From assembly GCA_964016885.1 (NCBI GenBank), contig OZ024762.1:25916001-25980000 (forward strand): a DNA stretch of 64,000 nt, written 5' to 3'. Position numbers and translations under genes: made by a program. Positions 54,838 through 64,000 of this stretch are shown in pieces. Source of the stretch: Eledone cirrhosa. Its lineage: Eukaryota. The notes beneath the pieces are model-generated. The model was given only the letters and a program-made list of their open reading frames with translations. It made no database searches and was not told the DNA's origin. Numbering within the stretch: position 1 is the stretch's first letter; every line of letters starts with the position of its first letter.

Positions 54838-55650
54838 TCTAGGCGTCGAAGACGACGAGCTCACCAGTCTGTTCGGTAGGACTTTCCGCCCGGGACCTAT
54901 GGACAACTTCCAGAGGTCCCTGGCCTGGCAGTACTACCGAGGAGCTCTACCCGTTCGAGACAAGATCTACAGGCACGGACGCCCCGGCAGGGATCCTTCC
55001 AAGAAGACGTGTCCAAGATGCGCGCAGGACATTGCACGCAATTGTATACTGCCCAGGCGTAAACGACCTGTGGAACTATGCAGAACATCTGCTGTCGCGT
55101 ATGGGACAAATCCAGTTGACTGCCGAGTCCATAGTAAGGATCAAACCGCCAGCCTCTTTCAAAAATGAAAGAGAGGCGCGGTTTTCCTCTGTATAGTGGC
55201 TATGGTGAAAGAGGTTATATGGTGGACGAGATTGAGAGGACAGATGCCTTTCTCTCCGGACAACAATTGATACCCTTCTTTAAGTATCACTTTAGAAGGA
55301 GAATCAGAGTGGAGAGAGAAGCACTGCACACCATAAATTTACTGAAAGGTGGGTGAATGAAGCGAAAATGGCCCGAGTGATTGGGCCTTCTCTGTTTATA
55401 ATCCTGTAGATTAAAGAACACAGCAAAAGGTAGAAAGGAGCACTTGCACAACACGCCCCTGAAGTTGAGGGTTGTTCTATCGACGGGGTATTAAACAATC
55501 CATTTGTGCCCCCCCCGCCCCCCTATTGGGGATTTCGATTGTTAAATTTGTTTGTTTCAATATTTTTACACGATTGTCTGTAAAATCCCCGGCTTGTGTC
55601 TTTGTTTTGTCCCCTTTTCTTGTGCGCCCTTGTGGCAAATAAAGAAATAT
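54838..55650 (+). mobile_element. Tx1-like LINE 3' fragment (diverged subfamily), head-to-tail with the 55680 copy
   Basis: MDNFQRSLAWQ..RGALPVR motif. 3' end reads gcaaataaagaaatatatctatc. Confidence 0.88.
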
Positions 55651-55679
55651 ATCTATCTGTCCATCCACATATCTATCTG

Positions 55680-58570
55680 AAGCTCAACTTGTCCTTACCG
55701 GCAGGTAAGGCTTACAGGGACCGGATTAACACTTTAGTTAAGGAGCGGTTGACGGGCGCCATCGTCAACAGCAGGTGGTGGGGATCTCTCAAAAGAGAGA
55801 TTAGAGTAGTCTCTATAGAATTTAGTAAGGAGTTAGCCTCAAATAGAAATAGGAAGGAAAGGGAGTTGGTAGATAGTGTAGAAGAGGCAATTAGAAGCGG
55901 CGACGTGGCCAGAGTGCTAGCGTCGAGAACGGCACTGGGCCAGTTCTTCGACGCGAAACACGAAGGCTGCATCGTTCGAAGCAATATACGTGCTCTGGGA
56001 AACGAGGGGACCAAAGCTGTTAGCTGGGCCCGCGTGACAGAAGCTAAAAAGGGAGTAGTTCCACTATCCGGTCTTTGCGAGACCAGGATGGACGGGTGAT
56101 CCTTGAACCTAAGCAGATGTGCGAGGCTTTTTAAAAGCACTTTGCCAGATTGTTCGGAAGGGGCGGGGAACCGGTTGGGGAAGTGGACTTCGGTCCATAC
56201 CTCAACGGCCTGCCGCGTCTCTCGGCAAACGCACACGCAAATCCACGTCTAACGCAAATCCCCGGGTCTCGATGGTCTTCCATACGAACTATATCTAGCT
56301 ATGCCGGAGTTGTTCCCCGATCTCCTCGAGGCGGTCTACTGCAACTGGCAACAGAACGGGAGAATTCCCTGTACTGTGACCAAGGGCGTAGTCACGCTAG
56401 TGAGTAAGGATGAGAACAAGGGGGACGATATAAATAATTTCAGGCTCATAACTCTGCTAAATACAGAGTTACAGATTTTGGCCAAGGTGCTAGCAAAGAG
56501 ATTGGCGCTTGTCGTGGGCAACCTGGTGGAGGATGCGCAGACATGTGCTATCCCGTCCAGGTCCATTCACGACAATCTCCACCTCATGCGATACACGATA
56601 GAGAGGGTTGGGAACGAACCCGGCTTCGGTGGGGCCCTGATCAGCTTGGATCAATCTAAGGCGTTCGATAGGGTCAACCATGGTTACCTGAATGCGGTGC
56701 TAGCGGCGTTAGGCTTCGGACCCGTTTTCAGGGGCTGGATCACTGCCATGCACAGCAGCCGCATCTGCTCTAGGGTCAAGGTGAACGCCTACTTCTCGGA
56801 GCCGTTCGAAATCGCGCGGTCCGTCCGCCAAGGCTGCCCTCTCTCCTCCCTTCTGTATGTAATGACTCTAGAGCCACTGCTGCGGAAGTTGGAGTTGTTG
56901 CAGGGCATCCCGTTGGAACCGGGATTGCAGAAAGCGGTGTCGGCCAACGCCGATGACGTAACAGTAATGGTGTCGACGGCTTCGGAAATCGGGGCGATCG
57001 GCACCTTACTGGAGGAGTACGAAAGGTTTACAGGGGCTAAGCTGAACCGGGACAAGTTGATCGGTCTGCAACTCGGCACGTGGAGGGGCAGATCGATGCC
57101 CTCCGATGGCGTCGTCTGGCGCTGGACGGAGGGCCCGGTGAAGTTGCTCGGGGTCTGGTTCGGACCAGACCTCCAGGTGGAGAAGAACTGGGGTGAGGCA
57201 ACGAACAGGGTGTTTGCACTGACCCAGAAGTGGGCCGAGTGCAAACTGTCCCTGAAATGTCGGGCGGAGGTGGCGAACACTTATATAGCGTCCGTCATCT
57301 ACTACCGCATGACCGTTGTGCCTTGCCCAAGGGAAACGCTCGCCAAAATGGAGCACGCGCTCTTCCAATTCCTTTGGAAGAAGCTGGCTCCTATGGTGAG
57401 GAGATCCATCTGCTGTCAACACCCTTCGAAAGGAGGGCTGGGGATGCCGTGGCTAATGATACGTAAACACGCATTAAGGCTACGGCATCTCCATGTATTC
57501 TTCACCGGTCAACCGTTGTGGGCCCCGTTTGTGAGGCGAGCCTTTCCCAGACTCGTCTCGCTCACCGAGCTGCAATCCTGGTTCAAGCAAAGACCGAGAA
57601 AACTGGGCGCCTGGCACACCGAGTGTGCCCAGGTGCTCACGGCTCTCTGTCAGGCGGACCCGGCTGTCAGTGGAGAATCCACCTCGTCATTCTATAGAGG
57701 GCTGGTGGTTAGCAGGTGCGACGACGCCCTCGGAGAAGCCCTAGGCATGGAGGAAGACGAACTGGACAACCTGTTCGGTAGGACATTCAGGCCGGGTCCC
57801 ATGGATAACTTCCAGAGGTCCCTGGCCTGGCAGTGCTACCGAGGAGCTCTGCCCGTTCGAGAAAGACTCTACAGAGACGGGCGCCCGGGTAGGGACCCCT
57901 CGAAAAAGATCTGTCCCAGATTTGTGTGCGACGAGGAAACCGTTGCACACGCATTGGTACACTGCTCGAGCATTGCCGATCTGTGGGGCTATGTCGAACA
58001 ACTGCTGTCAAGGGTGGGACCGATCCGGTTGACCACCGCCTCCCCTCTTCAAAAACGAAGAAGAGGCAGTGTTTCTGTGCGTAATAGCCATGGCGAAAGA
58101 GGTTGTATGGTGGACGCGTCTGAAAGGACTGAGGTCAGACACTTTCTCTCTGGCCAACAACTGGTCCGTTTCTTCCGATATCATTTCCGAAGAAGGATCA
58201 GGATGGAGAGAGAGGTGCTGCACCCCAGTCGTTTTTATGAAAGATGGGTGAAAGTGGCGAGAATGGCCCGTCTGAATGCCCCTTCACTCTACATCAGACT
58301 ATAGGTGAGGAAGATGAATGATCAAGGGAGCACCCCCTCTCTGTGCTCCTGAGGAGAAGGGTTGCACACTTTTTACTTGGGTGTCTGCGACCCCCCAAGG
58401 CAGCTCCTCCTATTGAGGATTTTGTTATTAAATTTATTTTTGTTATATTTTATATTTTATTTTTTATATCTTGTTATTGCCTCCTCCTTATTGAGGACGC
58501 CTTTTTATGTAAACTCCCCCATTGTACTTGTCCCACTTTTTGATGCCCTGGTGGCAAATAAAAAGAAAGT
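55680..58570 (+). mobile_element. 5'-truncated Tx1/L1-clade LINE (RT plus C-terminal CCHC region)
   Basis: ORF has LDQSKAFDRV, SVRQGCPLS, LLGVWFG, GGLGMP and C..C...ET..H...C motifs. The 3' UTR ends in AATAAA...(TATC)n. No APE domain or ORF1 is present. Confidence 0.92.
56301..58304 (+). pseudogene. Tx1-like ORF2 reverse transcriptase, likely inactive
   Basis: The catalytic motif reads NADD instead of YADD. A short deletion near 58035 relative to the 31548 copy shifts the frame. Stops and frameshifts occur upstream (55700-56300). Confidence 0.85.
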
Positions 58571-58783
58571 TATCTATTATTCTATCACTTTATCGCTCTA
58601 TCTATCTATCTATCTATCTATTTGTCCATCCATCCATCTAGCTTCAGATATATATATCTGCTTATCTATTTAATTATTCTATCTATCTCTCTGTCTGTAT
58701 ATCTCCCTGTCTATCAAATCATATATGCAAATGATCCACTTGTCTATCGATATCTATATATAATTTGTCCTGTCTCTTTGTTC

Positions 58784-58897
<114 letters not shown>

Positions 58898-58952
58898 GCA
58901 TACCACTATATATATATTACTCGTACGTGTATCTGTTCTCTCCTATTCCAAA

Positions 58953-58990
58953 ATTTCCTGAAGAAGGACTTCTGTCCGAAACGTTGAAAT
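58953..58990 (+). ncRNA. Minimal type I hammerhead motif (classic Penelope-type)
   Basis: atttc CTGAAGA a-ggac-ttct-gtcc GAAA cg TT gaaat. 5-bp stem I, 4-bp stem II, AACGTT palindrome. Confidence 0.85.
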
Positions 58991-59321
58991 CTCCTCTACT
59001 TCCACCAAAGGTGAACCTAATGTAACTGTGTAAAATTGCCTCCTGTGTTTTGTTTGTTTCATTTATTAACTATCTAACTCTTGCCAGCATTGAAAAGTGG
59101 ACATTAAATGGTGATGATGATGATTGTGTGTGTGTGTGTGTGTGTGTGCATAGATAGGTGGATACATAATGTTGTGAATTGACTATAAATTCTAAGACTC
59201 CAGCAACACATCCTGTGGGTCATATCAATGTTGTTGTTCATGTGTATTCTCCATCGTAAGTTCTTGTCTATTGTTACACCAAGGGCTCTGCTGTTGGGTG
59301 TCAGGAGTGTTTTGTCTAAGG

Positions 59322-59506
59322 CACGGTTCCCAAACTTAGCTCCACATAACCCAATGGTTCCTCAAAGGGGTGTCTGGGATTCTGTAAAAAAAAGGTAGAG
59401 GACTATATTAATATTACAACCATATAACAGTATTAGAATTTAATGTTCCCCCCAAAAGTTTCTGAACCAAAAAGGGTTCCGCATTTGAAACAGTTTGGGA
59501 AACCCT
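59322..59506. mobile_element. hAT/Charlie-like MITE
   Basis: TIRs cacggttcccaaact / agtttgggaaaccct. 8-bp TSD gtctaagg / ctctaagg. Confidence 0.7.
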
Positions 59507-59864
59507 CTCTAAGGGGAGAGAATATGGAGACTTAATTGCAGCAGCATCCTTTTCCCCCCAAATGGATTAATTCAAATTTATCTTCGTTTAGTAATTATCA
59601 TCATCCAGTTTTTGATTATACAGGTAACAATTAATCCCTAAATAGGGATGGGTCCTGTCTGACAGTGCTCCTTAGTATCCCGCTCCATGTGTTTCTATCT
59701 GCCGGTCTCAATTGGGCCAGGCTAACCCTAGCTTGATCCTGACAGACATCCACATCCAAGTCCTTTTTGGTTTTCCTGGGCCTCTACTGCCTCCTAGGTC
59801 GGCATACTCTTCTTTTCTTCTTTCAATGCCTTTTGTACTTTGAATATCAGTAAGCAGATCTGAT

Positions 59865-61047
59865 TTAGCCTTTTAGCATTTAAACTGGCCATATCTGGCC
59901 ATATCTGGCCATATCTGGCCAGAATTCTCTCACCGCTTTCTCTTCAAACTGGCCATAACTAGTTGCTCATACTTACATTAAGTTATTGTTCTGAAAATAA
60001 ATAATATCAAAATCTCATAGATTCGATATCATGTGAGATAATTATGTGAGGTAAAGTGTTTGCCATGAAAATACAATAGTATATATAGAGTAATGTAAAT
60101 GTTATGTGAGATAATTATGTGTGGTAAAGCCTTTACTGTGAAAATACAATAGTATATATAGAGTAATGTAAATGTTATGTAAGGTATTATGTGAGGTAAA
60201 GCCTTTACTGTGACAATACAATAGTATATATAGAGTAATGTAAATGTTATGTGAGATATTATGTGAGGTAAAGCCTTTACTGTGAAAATACAATAGTATA
60301 TATAGAGTAATGTAAATGTTATGTGAGATATTATGTGGGGTAAAGCCTTTACTGTGAAAATACAATAGTATATATAGAGTAATGTAAATGTTATGTAAGA
60401 TATTATGTGAGGTAAAGCCTTTACTGTGAAAATACAATAGTATATATAGAGTAATGTAAATGTTATGTAAGATATTATGTGAGGTAAAGCCTTTACCGTG
60501 AAAATACAATAGTATATATAGAGTAATGTAAATGTTATGTAAGATATTATGTGGGGTAAAGCCTTTACTGTGAAAATACAATAGTATATATAGAGTAATG
60601 TAAATGTTATGTGAGATATGTGAGGTAAAGCCTTTACTGTGAAAATACAATAGTATATATGGAGTAATGTAAATGTTATGTAAGATATTATGTGAGGTAA
60701 AGCCTTTACTGTGAAAATACAATAGTATATATGGAGTAATGTAAATGTTATGTAAGATATTATGTGAGGTAAAGCCTTTACTGTGAAAATACAATAGTAT
60801 ATATAGAGTAATGTAAATGTTATGTAAGATATTATGTGAGGTAAAGCCTTTACTGTGAAAATACAATAGTATATATGGAGTAATGTAAATGGTATGTGAG
60901 ATAATTATGTGAGGTAAAGCCTTTACTGTGAAAATACAATAGTATATATAGAGTAATGTAAATGGTATGTGAGATATTATGTGAGGTAAAGCCTTTACTG
61001 TGAAAATACAATAGTATATATGGAGTAATGTAAATGGTAAAGGGTTA
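59865..61047. mobile_element. Same TTAA MITE family with an internal tandem array of about 60-bp units (about 60030-61040, about 16 copies)
   Basis: Begins ccttttagcatttaaa and ends gtaaagggtta. The repeat unit is the MITE's subterminal segment. Confidence 0.8.
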
Positions 61048-61693
61048 TGGCATGTCCTCTCACTCCATTGATGACTTTCTGAAGCTTGGAACCATCTGCA
61101 ATATTTCTTATGTTGCTGTGCTTGATGATGTCAAGATTTGTTTCTACTTTTGGCACAAGGCCAGCAATTTGAGGGGGAGGTGAAAGTCAATTAAATTGAC
61201 CCCAGTGCATTTCTGGTACTTTATTTTATCGACCTCATGCGAATGAAAGGCAAAGCTAACCTCTGCTGGATTTGAACTCAGAACATAAAGGACCATAACT
61301 CTATGCTGCAAAGCATGGTGTCCGATGCTTTACCGATTCTGGCATGACATTGATATAAACAATTGTTTCTACTTTTGGCACAAGGCCAGCAATTTCCCCA
61401 GTGTATTACTGGTACTTTATTTTATCGACCACGTAAGGATGAAAGGCAAAGTTAGCCTCGGCAGGATTTGAACTCAGTTCGTAAAGAGGCATAACTCTAT
61501 GCTGCAAAGAACTGTATTGGGCACACTTCTCTTCATTATTTATGATTGGCAGTATCAGTAGAGAGTTCGACGCCATGCTTTCCAGGATAGCGACTTTCAT
61601 TGAGCTTGATCATTTTCCTTTATTTACAACATGCTGGATTCCGTTCGTCAAACAAACTCTTAATCTATCAGCAGTAGTAACTTTCCACAAACT

Positions 61694-62041
61694 TTAACCT
61701 GTTGACTGCCGTGTATATCTTACACAGCTACAGTTGCTGTGTCAGACTTTTTTTAATTCAGTAAAATGACTATTTTATAAAACAAACATTTATTAAAAAC
61801 ACATATCTGAATGATTGACAAACATCACATCAATAAACTAGTAACCCCATCTAGCTTTGAAATTATGAACTATTGGAAACAAGTTCATAACTTTGAAGAT
61901 ATAAACTGTTTGAAACGAGTTAATAACTTTGAAGTTATGAACTGCTGGAAATGAGTTCATAACTTTGAAATTATGAACTATTGGAAACGAGTTGAAATAT
62001 TTTAGGAAAAGTTATCTCCTCTGTGGCACTGAAGAGATTAA
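61694..62041. mobile_element. TTAA-flanked piggyBac-like MITE
   Basis: TTAA cctgttgactgcc ... ggcactgaagaga TTAA. Removing it rejoins the CR1 frame (QSNIKVCGKLL). Confidence 0.7.
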
Positions 62042-62375
62042 TGTTGGATTGTTTCTTCAACAGGATGTAATCATCCCTGCCAAAAGCCTCGTTGAAGTTA
62101 AGGTATATATAACATCAGGGCTGGAAGCAGTGGTGGATTTTCCTATAAGCTAAATAAGCTATAGCTTAGAGAAAGAGATATGTAAAATTCTGACTGCGGT
62201 GTCAAGTGGTTTCAGCCTGTGTCACACACAAGCCAAAACTGGTTGGTGCCATGGTCGGGATTTTGCATATCTCTATCTAGGGATAGAGACACGTAAAATC
62301 CAGACTATGGCATCTCCCCACGCGTTGAATACTCCCATGATTAATGGTCTCCCTGGTCTCAGCACCGCACTCCCC

Positions 62376-62452
<77 letters not shown>

Positions 62453-62612
62453 ATTGAGAGAGTCACTTAGTACAGTAAGACAACCTCCCAAGTGGTGGTG
62501 GAATGAATAAAAGCACCCAGTCCATGCTATAAAGTGGTGCTGGTGATAGGAAGGGTACCCAACCAGTATATTAATGCCAAATTATGAAAACAAAATACAA
62601 ATATTATGATGA

Positions 62613-62667
<55 letters not shown>

Positions 62668-62679
62668 TAGATAGATAGA

Positions 62680-63431
62680 TATGTTTCTTTATTAGCCACA
62701 AGGGCACAAAAGAAGGGGACAAATACAAAGGGGGAAGTTTACATACAATAAAAACGTGTAAAATATTATCACAAATGCAATTTAAAAAGTTAGTTGATTT
62801 TCCCCAATAGAGGGAGACAGTTTATATGGGTAACACATACCCCCGAAAAAATGTGCAACCCTCATCTCCAGGAGTACGAAGAGTTTGTACTCCTTTCCTC
62901 TCCTCCTCCTTTTCCTCAACCTACAGGCTGATATAGAGAGAAAGCCCATTCACTCGGGTCATTCTCGCCACTTTCACCCACCTTTCATAAAACTTGCTGG
63001 GGTAGAGCACCTCTCTCTCCATCCTGATTTTTCTTCCAAAGAGGTATTTGTAAAAAAGAATCAGTTGTTGGCCGGAGAGAAAGGTGTCTGACCTCAGCCC
63101 TTTCAACCTTGTCCACCATACAACCTCTTTCGCCATAGCTACCACACAAAGGAAAACCGCCTCTCCTTCGTTTTTGAAGGAGGGTGGTGGTTTGATCATG
63201 ACAATGGACTCGGTGGTCAACCGGATTGGTCCCACCCGCGACAATAGTCGTTCTACATAGCCCCACAGGTCGGTAACGCCCGGGCAGTGTATGAATGCGT
63301 GCACGGCGGTTTCTTCGTCTCGCACGCACCTCTGACAGATCTTTTTTGCAGGGTCCCTGCCCGGGCGCCCATGTCTGTAGAGCTTGTCTCGAACTGGTAG
63401 AGCTCCTCGGTAGCACTGCCAGGCCAGGGAC
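62680..63431 (-). mobile_element. Tx1-like LINE 3' fragment
   Basis: ORF 62921-63325 is homologous to the Tx1 C-terminus. Tail reads aataaagaaacatatctatc. Confidence 0.88.
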
Positions 63432-63768
63432 TTTTGGAAGTATATATATATACATAGATAGATAGATATACAGGGGGTCCCTGTATATATATATATATAT
63501 ATATCATCATCATCATCATATTTGCATTCTACTCAAAGTGTGTATACATTCTTTTTTTTTGGGGGGGGGGGGGGCGGGGGGAGACACCCTGTATATATTT
63601 CTATGTGTTTATGTAGTTGTATGTATGATTGTCTGCCTGCCAGCTTTTCTGATTCCATGTATGTATGCACGTACATACATATGTACATACGTATATATGC
63701 GTATACGCGTATGATAGGATATATATATATATATGTGAGTGTGTATATATATATATATATATTTAATG

Positions 63769-63985
63769 AAATAACAGATTAAAGTTTAAGCAAAGAATCG
63801 CTGCTTTCACCCTTAACGGGATCTTCTGAAGATCCCGTTAAGGGTGAAAGCAGCGATTCTTTGCTTAAACTTTAATCTGTTATTTTAATAAATATTTGCT
63901 CAACGGTTCTTATATATTTGATATATATTTATCCTTATCGAGCCCTCTTTGGATTTTAGTATTCAAATTTATTATTATTACTATA
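63769..63985 (+). mobile_element. Fold-back pLTR-like element with hammerhead core (CTGAAGA at 63826) at the palindrome centre
   Basis: Perfect palindrome 63769-63885. CTGAAGA t-ccc-gttaa-ggg-t GAAA gcag...ttgc TT aaac. A rearranged copy of the same family is at about 5170-5310. Confidence 0.7.
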
Positions 63986-64000
63986 TATATATATTATTGA

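Larger units (their letters stand above)
59180..62118 (-). pseudogene. Ancient CR1/L2-type RT shattered into colinear pieces by later insertions
   Basis: DVIY.NF..AF (62110-62050), LTN.IQ.VVN.G..SS (61690-61590), IR.IADGSKL (61130-61060) and LGVTID.NL.W..H (59310-59180) occur in the correct order. Confidence 0.7.

Noticed and set aside
60102-60866. 254-aa repeat protein
   Set aside because: Translation of the 60-bp MITE-derived satellite.

Overview
Repeat-saturated, AT-rich eukaryotic (animal) DNA. The SINE families and (TA)n/(CA)n load suggest an octopod cephalopod (inference). One intact host gene can be assembled by eye: a 4-exon, 135-aa RPS19BP1/AROS (active regulator of SIRT1) homologue on + (CDS 29524-37590). 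Most of the long ORFs in the track are microsatellite artefacts. Mobile DNA includes two tRNA-derived SINE families, four Tx1/L1-clade LINE copies, RTE, CR1, CRE and R4/Dong-like LINE fragments, a Penelope-like (PLE) fragment, a non-autonomous Helitron, TTAA (piggyBac-like) and hAT MITEs, and several satellites that grew inside SINEs or MITEs. The most striking hidden layer is a dense set of type I hammerhead ribozyme (HHR) motifs: about 8 with a complete core and about 7 broken ones, from several unrelated families. Most lie in short elements, often fold-back (inverted-arm), embedded in or next to (TA)n tracts. Two carry unusually large 55-nt and 90-nt stem II domains, and the inversion breakpoints repeatedly fall at the ribozyme core or stem II. 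All calls were made by eye; no searches or folding programs were run.
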